NCBI RefSeq assembly: GCF_006345805.1
Contig: NC_043011.1
Coordinates: 17,558,464-17,622,463, forward strand
DNA length: 64,000 bases
DNA from: Octopus sinensis
Lineage: Eukaryota
Direction of reading: 5' to 3'
Part shown: piece after piece, positions 1-11,159 of the stretch
Numbering within the stretch: the first letter of the stretch is position 1
Layout of the letters: each line of letters begins with the position of its first letter
Notes under the pieces: model-generated
Database searches by the model: none
What the model saw: the letters and a program-made list of their open reading frames with translations, nothing else
What the model was told of the DNA's origin: nothing
Made by a program: the position numbers and the translations under genes

Positions 1-24
1 CTCTCTTTTTCTCTCTCTCTCTCT

Positions 25-55
<31 letters not shown>
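1..55. repeat. (CT)n/(TA)n microsatellite
   Basis: Directly visible dinucleotide runs. Confidence 0.95.
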
Positions 56-57
<2 letters not shown>

Positions 58-600
58 AGCAAAACACTCCCCGTTTATTGGACGATGCCGCATCATATCT
101 GTTGAATAAGAAGCAATCACTGTTTTCTTTTCATTGAAAAATAATTAACCATGCCTTTATTTCAATAAAATTTTTGCTTTTGTTAAACGAAGTTAAGGCA
201 AACTAAATCTTCTTGAGAAACCAAATTGGGTTTCCTTCTTTCATGCCAAGTTTGAAGAAAATATCTCTTTTGCATCTTACGTTTTTGGTTTCTTGAATAT
301 ACTGCATTTTGTGATATTATTTCAAACCAGCGGGCTTTTTTGCGCAAACTGCACGTGCATTTTTCTCGCGTACGCGTAGTATCGATCGCAACAGCTGATG
401 TACTGGCGCGTACAATTGCAGGTTCCCACGGCTTTATCGATCGCATTCTCACCTGGAATCGATTTTTGTAATTTTTTCAAAACATATACACGCCTTGATA
501 CCGTCGGTATCTACATATCAATTTTGAGCGCAATCGGATGGAGGATGCCCGAGATCCTAGAAGAGATACACACAGACAGATAGAACGTATTTTATATATA
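56..600 (+). mobile_element. Non-autonomous repeat with Helitron/Helentron (Lep1/DINE-1-like) architecture, copy 1
   Basis: Shares its 5' end (acgagcaaaacactccccg) and about 130 bp of 3' end (gtcggtatctacatatcaa..aatcggatggaggatgcccgagatc..acagacaga..ttttatata) with 49731-50105; both copies sit in (TA)n. The superfamily is inferred from architecture only. Confidence 0.45.
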
Positions 601-1019
601 TATATATACCAAACACTATTTTAACTTTTTTTATACAAGACTATTTTCTTTCTTTGTATATAATTATGTCTGTTTTTCTGAGGTTTTTCTGATCCATGTA
701 CGTTTGTATTCATTCTTCAATGACTACTGTGCAGAGAGGAATTACGTGTGATATGAGACCTAGATGAGAAATGCAGTTCTTAAAACAGAACATCTTGTAG
801 TATGAGCTTCCAGAAAGGTTTCATCACACGCACTTCATTTATATCGCATGTTTGACGTTAACTTTTTTTCCAATTATTTATCACAAAAGACTAACGTTTT
901 ACTCTCCAATCACTTGTTATATGGGTATTTGTTGAGCTCTTTTGATGAAAGACACCTCTCTAACACTAATTATCATGCAATCCATGCAAATAATGTTTTT
1001 GATCAGTGTGTTTATACTT

Positions 1020-1197
1020 CATGTATATATATATACATACAAACATTATGTACGTGTATATGCGTGTATACATGCATACAATTATGTAAGCTCTCCCTCT
1101 CTCTCTCTCTCTCTCACATATATATCCATATCTTCATCCGCACCGATGCGTTCATGCAATTATGTGTATATATATTTATATATTATATGTATATCTA

Positions 1198-1270
<73 letters not shown>

Positions 1271-1356
1271 CTATCTATCTATCTATATATATATATATAT
1301 ACATATATACATATATATCATATGTATATATATATTATATGTATATATATATATAT

Positions 1357-1387
<31 letters not shown>

Positions 1388-1530
1388 TATATATGTATAT
1401 ATACATATATATGTATATATATATATATTATATGTATATATATGTATATATACATATATATGTATATATATATTATATGTATATGTATATGTATATATAT
1501 ATTATATGTATATATATTATATGTATATAC

Positions 1531-1561
<31 letters not shown>

Positions 1562-1625
1562 CGCATACATATATTTATGTATTTGTGTGTGTGCGTATGT
1601 TGTGCGTGTGTATGTGTGTATGTAA
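1020..1625. repeat. Compound (TA)n/(TATC)n/(TG)n microsatellite
   Basis: Directly visible; explains the YI-rich ORFs. Confidence 0.95.
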
Positions 1626-2293
1626 GAATTATACATACAACGGAATATTTCCTGTAAGTCATGTAATGTAGATGTGGTAGAAGTACGAAACTAAGAAGTA
1701 AAAAAATCAAAAATAAAGAACAAAATGTAATGACTAACTATAACAGCACATACTTTGCAAATGATAAAAATATAAATTGATTTTGCAGATGTTTTGAACA
1801 TGGAGATGAGTAATTATATGACAAAAGAAAAAAAGAAAAACAAATGAAAAAAACAACTATACTTATCCAAATGATTTCTATTGCATATTTAAATATCTGA
1901 ACCTCCATGCAAATAATTAGCTGCATATCTCGTTATTTTCATCGGTATATTTGCTTTTATTTATTTTTCTATTTTCTTTTTGCTCTATATGGTTACTTTT
2001 CTGTAGTTAATGACTTTTTGTCGCCTGAAACTGAACATGTGATTCAAGGATGGGTTTCTCACGTTCTTCTTTCTCCGCTATCTACTACCGCCTATTACAG
2101 ACTTACAGTTACCCAATTCTTGCTAGTTATCTATTACATTAATAATATTTAAACAATAAACAATTGCAGTCTGATTATGTTACCGTTACGAGCTTTCTCG
2201 AGAGAAAATATGTATCTTACAGGGATTCTTTTATAAAAAAGGGTTTTGTTGATCTTTTCAGAAACTATTGAACAACTGTTATTGTATTTTCTC

Positions 2294-2296
<3 letters not shown>

Positions 2297-2360
<64 letters not shown>

Positions 2361-2472
2361 GTTATTGTTACCGACACAATCAACATCACCATTCCATCCA
2401 CCTCCTCCTCCTCATAATCATCGTCGTCGTCGTCATTATCTTCATCCTTATTATTATTATTATCATCATCAT

Positions 2473-2510
<38 letters not shown>

Positions 2511-2665
2511 TAATCATTATTACTATTATTATTATTATTATCACCATCATCAGTTGCTATGCTCATCATCATCCTTGCGACTACCACTGTTGTCATTACT
2601 ATTATCATCAACCTCCTCATCCTCATCGTCATCAGCATCGCCACCATCATCACCGCCATCACTAA
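2297..2665. repeat. Compound (ATT)n/(CAT)n/(AAT)n trinucleotide tract
   Basis: Directly visible. Confidence 0.95.
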
Positions 2666-3193
2666 GGTTTTTGTTATTTCTATTGCTCTTATAATGAGGA
2701 TATTGTGTTTCTCGTAACTACAATCCTACTTAATTGCTGGAAATATATTACCTTGTATTTACCTTTTCTTAATAGACGGTTAATTACATTGTATTCTTTT
2801 CATTCTGACCCATTCTTGTTAATTGTTAGGAGTTAATCAATTAACTAATATTTTCATTTTCATCTTCTATATAACTTCTGTCGTCTTTCATTGTAGCAGA
2901 GAAGAATTTACTTGCGAAGAAAAATACATATCTACCGTATGCTTTCTGTTTGATTGAAATTCTGCTAGAGTTATGATCGCTGTGTTGTTTTCAGAATTGT
3001 TTTCTTTCTCCTTCATTAACACTTAGTACATACTTTTGTCTCAACAACAAAACGCCTTTTAACTGTGTTAGTTATGTTAACACACACACACAAAAAGGAA
3101 AATGAAAAAAACATAGATATAATTCTATTTAGTGAACAGGAACAACGTTTCACAATTTACTGCACCTTATAATGTATATTATTGAACTTCCCT

Positions 3194-3245
<52 letters not shown>

Positions 3246-4115
3246 TTACTAGGAGGAAACGAAACGAAACGAAAAGAATCGAATCGACGCGAGGGCGCTC
3301 AGTCATACAATAGTGTAATAAATAAAATATATGCATACATACATACATATATGTACGTACCTACATCTACATGTATATATACATGCATATGTAAATATAT
3401 ATACGTGAGTACAGGACACCAGAATTAGACGTAGAACTCAACGAGAAACGAAAACGTAAAAACAAACATGGAAACGGACCTTTTTAAACAACGAAAAAAC
3501 AGAGTACAAGACAAACTACACGAGGAAAATTCCCCTTCATCAGCTGTCCCTAGTTCAACTCCAGCGTGTTTCGAAGGTGAAGACAGAACACGACTCGTCG
3601 AACTAGCCCTTCCTGCGAAAGAATTAAATAAAATTACTTCGCAGAGGGGTAAAAACAAGGAAAGAAAAAATGTGACAAATACAGGACGTAAAAACTATAC
3701 AAATAAAATTACAAAATAAAATACAAAATAAAAATATAATTACCAAAAAATACAGTAGAAGAAATAAAAACAAACAAGAAAACAAACAATGAGGATAGAT
3801 TCTTATGAGCGCAAGAGGAACGTTGATCACTGTTAGGAGGCCGCAGGCGAAAGGAAGTAGTCGCCCGGTTGTGAGAGAGATGAGGAGGAGTGAGAGAGAG
3901 ATATACGAAGACAAACGGCTGTGAGAGAGATGAGGAGGAGTGAGAGAGAGAGGGAGATAGGGAAGGAAGGGAAGGTCAAGCAAAGAGTTATAGAGTTTCA
4001 TGCCATAATTATATATAAACAATTACTAGGAGGAAACGAAACGAAACGAATCGAATCGACGCGAGGGCGCTCAATCATACAATAGTGTAATAAATAAAAT
4101 ATATGCATACATACA
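3246..4115. mobile_element. About 777-bp non-coding element with about 95-bp terminal direct repeats (1.1 tandem units); same family as 62549-64000
   Basis: ttactaggaggaaacgaaacg..gacgcgagggcgctca.tcatacaatagtgtaataaataaaatatatgcatac occurs at 3246 and 4023; internal motifs tacgtacctac, tacaggacacc, ccccttc(a/t)tcag, tttcgaagg and ttcgcagaggggtaaaaa are shared with the 62.5-64 kb units. Confidence 0.7.
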
Positions 4116-4148
4116 TAATATATATATATATATATTGAAATGGACACT

Positions 4149-4188
<40 letters not shown>

Positions 4189-5059
4189 TATATCTCTATA
4201 TATATAAAACTGAGAATGTGTGCCTGTCTGTGTGTTTCCCTAAAACTTGAGAACTGCACAACCGTTTTCATTCAAATTTTATACATGCCTTACTTAAGGT
4301 CAGGGGAGTGTCATCAGCAAAACGTTTTCCCTAGGGCGACCCCACAGCAATATCATATCTTCTCCACTATTTCAGTATTACGTGTTAAAAGTGAAACAAA
4401 AACATCACTATACTGTAATGCAGACATTCACTTTAATACTGAAACTATTAAAGTGAAAGTATTATATAACAGGGATGAACCATTAACAGTGGTCATCCTC
4501 TTGCTAGGAGAAGATCCGCTATGGTCTTATATGCTACACCACTGGTTTTCAATTCATATTAATCAAATCAATATTCAATTTTTCACCCTTATTATGTGTG
4601 TGTGTGTGTGTATTAGCAATTCGTATAAAATTGCATCAATGACTTGAACTTGAATAAGTGGTTTCACATAAATGGGGATAAATTAAAAAGGTTTGTTGTT
4701 ATTATTATTACTGTTTGACTATTGTAATCACATTTGTTGATTCCTCGTCAGGGAAACGTTGTTGTGTTGCATTTGTTAAATAATTGTAAACCGTAACCCT
4801 TCCCCTTTTAGGGAAGGGGCTTTGGTTATTGTTCAAAAATTGAATTGCGTCCCTGTTTGGGGAACGTGACAATATTTTCACCGTCTTTACGGAAGCATTT
4901 TTGTTAAAATGCCTTCGATAGAAGAAAGTCCAAAAATGAATTTCGCTACAGCCGTACACTTCTATACAAGAGGGAGGACAAGATCCAATTGATCGAAATT
5001 GCGAGAGACGGGCCTACAATTCCAGTCTGTTATATATTTTGAGTATTGTTATCACTAGC

Positions 5060-5267
5060 GATATCAAGATATAACTTGGACTCCACCTGTACTTGCTTGC
5101 AAAGATTCATTCCTGAGAGAATGCGACCTTCGGGCCATTTGACGTTGGGGAAGTTGAAATCAGCCATAAGAAATATGGTCACGTGGTATTCCAGATTCAT
5201 GAGGATTTCTTTAATTCTTGTAAAGCAATCTTCAAACTTGCCTATGTGATTTGGAGCATCCGGTGGG

Positions 5268-5270
<3 letters not shown>
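5060..5270 (-). pseudogene. Apurinic endonuclease fragment of a CR1/L2/Jockey-type LINE
   Basis: Minus-strand translation ..IKEILMNLEYHVTIFLMADFNFPNVKW.. matches the GDFNxPxxxW APE motif. Confidence 0.6.
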
Positions 5271-5306
<36 letters not shown>

Positions 5307-5339
5307 TATATATATAGATATATATATAGATAGATATAT

Positions 5340-5660
5340 ATAGATATATTTCTACTCTTATTCGTGTTATCATTATTGTTTTTACGTATTTTTGTATTCT
5401 TATTCGTGTAACATCCTCCGTTTTTCCGTCCTTGTTTTGTATACATTCGAGGCTTTCTTCCAAGGAATCTAATGCGCTTGGCTTAGACTTTTCTTTGGGG
5501 CTGGCCAGACCGGAGCAATCGCAAGATTAATCAGCCGAAATTGCGAGGATAATCCGGTTCTTGACTGAAGATTGAAGGCTTCGGATGTCCCGCCCGTGTT
5601 TTTTGTATCGTCTTCTAAATGTTTTGCGTTCTTGTCCCTGTATTTTTTACATATACATAT
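5340..5660 (-). repeat. Truncated relative of the 3.3-4.1 kb / 62.5-64 kb non-coding family
   Basis: Reverse complement reads aaaatacagggacaagaacg..gccttcaatcttcagtc..tttcggc, the same motif order as the other copies. Confidence 0.4.
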
Positions 5661-5830
5661 ATAGATATATACGTATATTTGCCATTTGAATATGGCTAAC
5701 CCCTAAGGGTGGATGCTACTGTAGTTTGTAGCCCCAGGAAGACACCTCCTCCAGCTGGCTATAGACACACTTTCTGTGCCCTATCAGTATTTGTGAAGGG
5801 AAGTCATCCTTCCCGTCTTCAACTTATGAT

Positions 5831-5903
<73 letters not shown>

Positions 5904-6103
5904 AATATATATATATGTATAAATATATATATATATAATAGTTATCGCCATACTAATATGGCATTCTTATAAAAATAAGAATAAAGCTGTCCACTTATTA
6001 GCTCCATGAGGCCATCGCCTTAAGTTAGCTATTTGATACACAAACTGTATCCATATAACCTTCGAACAAGGGAGGTCAGTCGCTCCACACTACTTGACCG
6101 GCA

Positions 6104-6145
6104 GCTACAGACGCGTTTCGGGGTATTGCCCCTTTTCAATGCAGC
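6104..6145 (-). ncRNA. Type I hammerhead ribozyme (U3:A8 variant), unit 1
   Basis: Minus strand GCUGCA-UUGAAAA-GGGG caaua CCCC-GAAACGCGUC-UGUAGC: stem I, core, stem II, GAAA, palindromic stem III ACGCGU, GUC cleavage site. Confidence 0.8.
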
Positions 6146-6465
6146 GTAGCCAGCCAGTAGGTGTCGCTTCCGACAATCTCTGTTCGATGGTTTTATTTAC
6201 CTAGTTTCGGTGGAATACATCCACTTGTTTTCAATAATAGAAATATTAAAATTACTAAGTCTCTCTAAAAGAGAACAGCGGCAGCGTTCCCGGAAAATAA
6301 TAGTTATCGCCATACTAATATGGCATTCTTATAAAAATAAGAATAAAGCTGTCCACTTATTAGCTCCATGAGGCCATCGCCTTAAGTTAGCTATTTGATA
6401 CACAAACTGTAACCATATAACCTTCGAACAAGGGAGGTCAGTCGCTCCACACTACTTGACCGGCA

Positions 6466-6507
6466 GCTACAGACGCGTTTCGGGGTATTGCCCCTTTTCA
6501 ATGCAGC
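6466..6507 (-). ncRNA. Type I hammerhead ribozyme (U3:A8 variant), unit 2
   Basis: Identical to the unit 1 motif, +362 bp. Confidence 0.8.
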
Positions 6508-6827
6508 GTAGCCAGCCAGTAGGTGTCGCTTCCGACAATCTCTGTTCGATGGTTTTATTTACCTAGTTTCGGTGGAATACATCCACTTGTTTTCAATAAT
6601 AGAAATATTAAAATTACTATGTCTCTCTAAAAGAGAACAGCGGCAGCGTTCCCGGAAAATAATAGTTATCGCCATACTAATATGGCATTCTTATAAAAAT
6701 AAGAATAAATCTGTCCACTTATTAGCTCCATGAGGCCATCGCCTTAAGTTAGCTATTTGATACACAAACTGTATCCATATAACCTTCGAACAAGGGAGGT
6801 CAGTCGCTCCACACTACTTGACCGGCA

Positions 6828-6869
6828 GCTACAGACGCGTTTCGGGGTATTGCCCCTTTTCAATGCAGC
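6828..6869 (-). ncRNA. Type I hammerhead ribozyme (U3:A8 variant), unit 3
   Basis: Identical to the unit 1 motif, +724 bp. Confidence 0.8.
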
Positions 6870-7099
6870 GTAGCCAGCCAGTAGGTGTCGCTTCCGACAA
6901 TCTCTGTTCGATGGTTTTATTTACCTAGTTTCGGTGGAATACATCCACTTGTTTTCAATATTAGTATGGCGATAACTATTATTTTCCGGGAACGCTGCCG
7001 CTGTTCTCTTTTAGAGAGACTTAGTAATTTTAATATTTCTATTATCTTAAATTTTAATATTTCTATTAAGCAACTTATCTTGGCTTGTGTTCTCACGCA

Positions 7100-9225
7100 T
7101 TTTTCTTTTTAGTGGCATTGTATGTGCAATATATTGACCAATGAGCCGCGCTGCCATGCCTTTGCAAGTATTCTATTGGTGCCAGTCTGCTGCATCCAGA
7201 CATGATGTCATTGGGTCTCCGCATATGTGGCATGATGATCTGATTTCATATTTCAGTACATTACTCTGGTAATTCCTAGTTAGAAGTCTCTGAACCTGAG
7301 CAGCAATGATATAGTCCGTCAAAGTCTAGTTTTAGACAACAGCATGACAGCCACGGATGAGGAATGGTTTGATCCCCAGCAGGGCTGCCCCTCATTCATG
7401 CCGGCTGTTTGCTCCCATATCTCCTAAATATAATAGAGGATGAATTGCTTGGCAACGTTTTATATTTGTTTTGCTTTGACTGCTGTAGGCACATTTTCTT
7501 TGGGTACCGGTTCGTCTAATTACATATCTCGGTGGTACATCTTCGTGCTTTTCGTCACTGAGTGTAAATTATCGAGGTCTTCATGTTTCAGAACCAGTTT
7601 AACATTCATTCGTTTCGCTTGTTGCATGTAGGCTGGCGCTCCAATAGTTGCAATTTTCTATGAGAGTTGAGACTGTATTAACCCTGGAGCGCCTTCTTTT
7701 CTCAGGAGATATATTTAGTCTGAGTCTCTTTTTGGGTGATATTTACGATGTATTGTCATTTGATTTCCTATTCAGACAGAGGGTGACCCGTTTATAATAT
7801 TGAAAATGTATGTGATTACATGCATGGTTAATGTGTTCATGGCCTCGATTTTGTTTCTGATATTCAGAATGATTCTTATTCCTCGGTAGTACACGTTCCT
7901 TATCTTTTCTCTCATTAGTGTGTATTTAATCACATTTCCTTAACATATTTCCAGATAATTATAACTGCTGTGAGGTTCTAACTCCTTTTATCTCCATGGT
8001 TAATGTAGCCATGGTGCATTTCTCAATCCAAATTCTATTTTGAAATCTTCAGTAAATTGTTTGACTATGTGTAGGATTGCTGGTTGTTAATCCTCGTATG
8101 TCATCCATATAGAGGAGACAATTAACTGTTTTTCCATCCACCATGTATTCATAATTTATTTCATTCAGGAGTTTACTAAGAGGAAATATTGCTAAGCAGA
8201 ATAACAAAGGAGATAACGAGTCTCCTTGAAAGATTCCATGATTATCATTGAGCGTCATGTTGAGATTTGAAATCCTTTCCCAGAGCTGCAAGGCATGAGA
8301 TACAAAATCCATGATTACTGGTGAAAGTTTGAACATTTCCAAGCGTTTCTGTATCCGCTGGTGAGGAAGACTATCAAAGCTTCTTATGAAACCACTGAGA
8401 GATATTGCTTCTGTTGTGACAATCCCCAAGATCATTCTGTTAATCAACAGTTGATTCCTTCTTCTACAAGATACGCATACACATACATTTTGTTCATGCG
8501 AAAAGCATATTTGCATTCAATTAGGAGAGATGTAAGGCATTTCTACAGTGATGTATACCACGTTATGAGATTTTAGTCATAAAGATTATTTTGTTTCGTA
8601 ATCTTTGGCGAGTAAAAAGTGATTCCATTGACCAGCTCATCTGGGGTCACCTGCGGTTCTTTCATAAGTGTGTTGCAGCAAAAAGTTAGCTTCTTGTGTA
8701 AGTCTGTAAAAACACTGAACCACTAGTTTGGAATATTATCTATACCAGAACATTTATATTTACTGTGACTTTTTAATGTATTGCACCTACATTTAACCCT
8801 TCAAATATTTGCTGTTCTATAACCTCAGTGTCTTTTGTTGTCAAGTAACCCATGGTGCACCAGAGTTATGCCCAGATTTTCCTTCAAAACTGCAGTATTT
8901 CAGTCTCTGAAGGGGACTTGTCTTCTTTTGATGGTGCTTTTTCCAACATTCCTATAGAACTTCATTAGATTATTTTAAAACACGCTGTTATCTTTGAAGA
9001 ACTTGGATAGTTTATCGAAGCAGCGTATGCGCTTAGGCTTGGCCTGCACTTATTGCTTTATATCCACTACTTCAGCAAATTGGCGTTCTGGCTTTAATGA
9101 ATACTTTCTCATTATATTTCTCTTCTTAGATGGCTTTATATTAAAAGTATTGTTTAAGTTTTTCAGTGGGTCTAAACTACATCGGAGAAGATCAGTTTGT
9201 TTACTGAATTTTATCTTACCACTTG
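7100..9225 (-). pseudogene. Decayed reverse transcriptase region of an R4/Dong-clade non-LTR retrotransposon
   Basis: Minus-strand GIFQGDSLSPLLFCLAIFPLSKLLN..CLLYMDD (RT motifs) and downstream RKEGAPGLIQ (RKEGGRGL-type motif); many stops and frameshifts. Confidence 0.9.
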
Positions 9226-9229
9226 CTCA

Positions 9230-9280
<51 letters not shown>

Positions 9281-9309
9281 GTTATTATTATTATTGTCAT
9301 TATTATTAC

Positions 9310-9800
9310 TTATTTTTCTTTCAAATTTGCTTCCATTTCTTGCCGAGTGTCTTCCCGACTCCTAGGGCAAAGAAACTCATAGTATACATTGGTAGGCCAT
9401 TAAATCAAACTCAATAGTTCGTTCATTTTTCAAATTTTTTTTTAAGTTAAATTAAAACACATGGGCAGCAACAGTTCTCACATCGACAATGCTCTTCTCA
9501 ATACGTGTGATGTACCAGTTAAGACAATCTTTTGCACTTCTTGCAGGGATGGTAAGCCAGGGATCATTCTCATATAATTTTCGGTTCCCTTTTTGATCAT
9601 TCCTAGTGCTCCTACGATCACTGGTATTGTAACCGCCTTGAGATGCCACATTTTCTCAATTTCAATGAGTAGGTCTTTATATTTTCTGAGCTTGTAAATC
9701 TCTTTCGCTGAGATATTATGATCACAGGGGATGCTCATGTCGATCAATAAGCAAACTTTATTGTTTTGGTCTTTCACAACAATATCTGGTTTATTGGCCT
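9310..9800 (-). mobile_element. 5'-truncated R4/Dong element: restriction-like endonuclease C-terminus plus 3' UTR ending in (TAA)n
   Basis: KPDIVVKD..LIDMSIPCDHNI..K..KYKDL..PVIVGALG (PD-(D/E)xK RLE); the 3' UTR matches 22084-22160; flanked by (AAT)n on both sides. Confidence 0.9.
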
Positions 9801-9843
9801 TATTATTATTATTATTATTATAATTATAATAATAATAATAATA

Positions 9844-9904
<61 letters not shown>

Positions 9905-9959
9905 CTTCGTAACACAGTGTAGGTAAAAAATGCACCGGAGACTTTAGTCATCTGTCAAG

Positions 9960-10247
9960 TCACAACACAAGCATTTCAGTCAGATAATACTTTGCTTAAT
10001 ATGTGACATTGGACAAATGTCTTTTTCCATCCAAAATTTCAATGTACTCTTCCTTCGTCCACTTATGTCTGTTTTTGCGCACACATTGTATATGATCTGT
10101 TGTGACATAGAGACCGTTCGAAGCCAGATCCCTATCCCTGATGTGGGCAGTTTCGGGCGTGCCGGGCAGGAAACCTTCACAATGATCGGCCATAGCTTCC
10201 TTTCGTCGTTAATTCTTTCCTTGTTGTGCTACATCATGATTTTATGA
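9960..10247 (-). pseudogene. Probable N-terminal ORF fragment of an R4/Dong element
   Basis: ..RKNRHKWTKEEYIEIL.. resembles the RxKWTxEE start of R4/Dong ORFs; adjacent to other Dong pieces. Confidence 0.5.
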
Positions 10248-10361
10248 GTCGTTCGTGGGATTCTTATGAGAGTTGTTTTTGAGATCCCATCTCTCTCTTC
10301 TCTTTATTTGTATATACACGTGCAAATGTGTGTACATACACATATATATATGAATAACGTG

Positions 10362-10587
10362 AGGCGGCGAGCTGGCAGAAACGTTAGCAGGCCGGGCGAA
10401 ATGCGGAGCCGTATTTCGTCTGCTGTTACGTTCTGAGTTCAAATTCCGCCGAGGTCGACTTTGCCTTTCATCCTTTCGGGGTCGATAAATTAAGTACCAG
10501 TTACGCACTGGGGTCGATATAATCGACTTAATACTTTGTCCTTGTTTGTCCCCTCTATATTTAGCCCCTTGTGGGTAATAAAGAAAT
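10362..10587 (+). mobile_element. tRNA-derived SINE, family A (aggcggcgagctggcagaa..aataaagaaat)
   Basis: A-box-like TGGCAGAA and B-box-like GAGTTCAAATTCC; more than 15 homologous copies in the window; resembles octopus OK/OR-type SINEs (name not verified). Confidence 0.85.
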
Positions 10588-11159
10588 ATATATGAATAAC
10601 GTGCTGAAAATGTGTCGCCTCCATAACCACAATGATTATCATTACCACCATCATTCTACCTCTAGCATTTAAGATTGTCAATAATAATATGGGTCCCGGT
10701 ATATTGCAGCGGGTCCTCCTTATCAAATAATCGGCAAGCGTTCTTATTTCACTCCTTATACAAGGGTCTATACTAATCAGTCCTCTGTTTACGTTTGCAG
10801 TTAACACTTGATACTATCTTTTGCGCTCCCTGCATGAATGGTAATCCAGAGGTCATTCTCAACTAACTTTTAGTTCCTTTACTAGTCATTTCAAGTGTTC
10901 CCTTAATCACTAGATTTGTGACCGTCTTGAGAGTAGGAGAAAGAGAAGAAGCTTGATGAATAGGCCAAATTCTATAGTTCTGTAAATACATTCGGTAGAC
11001 GTTAAGGAGATCAGAGGTGAACATTCTTGTGTGATAAGGGGATAAAAGAGGTCCCACACCCTTGGGATCAGTAGAAGAGAAAATGTGTTTACTACTAGTA
11101 GCGATCAATGACTGCACAGATCATGGTCTTGTAAAGAATCTGTTCACCTTGTTCTGTTT

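Larger units (their letters stand above)
5935..7045 (-). mobile_element. 362-bp tandem array (about 2.8 units plus an inverted 88-bp junction piece) carrying hammerhead ribozymes; retrozyme/PLE pLTR-like
   Basis: gttatcgccatac at 5941, 6303 and 6665 (period 362); only a few substitutions between units; 6958-7045 is the reverse complement of the unit junction. Confidence 0.85.

Noticed and set aside
848-2694. Long ORFs (269, 227, 169, 139 aa etc.)
   Set aside because: They are translations of (TA)n/(TATC)n/(ATT)n microsatellites; the same applies to YI-, N-, I-, L- and E-rich ORFs elsewhere.
4700-4960. CTGACGAG motif and 83-aa ORF, possibly PLE/LINE-related
   Set aside because: No ribozyme fold and no diagnostic protein motif could be confirmed.
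5935-6960. CRISPR-like or satellite interpretation of regular repeats
   Set aside because: Units are contiguous 362-bp duplicates with no unique spacers, in a eukaryotic context with no cas genes.
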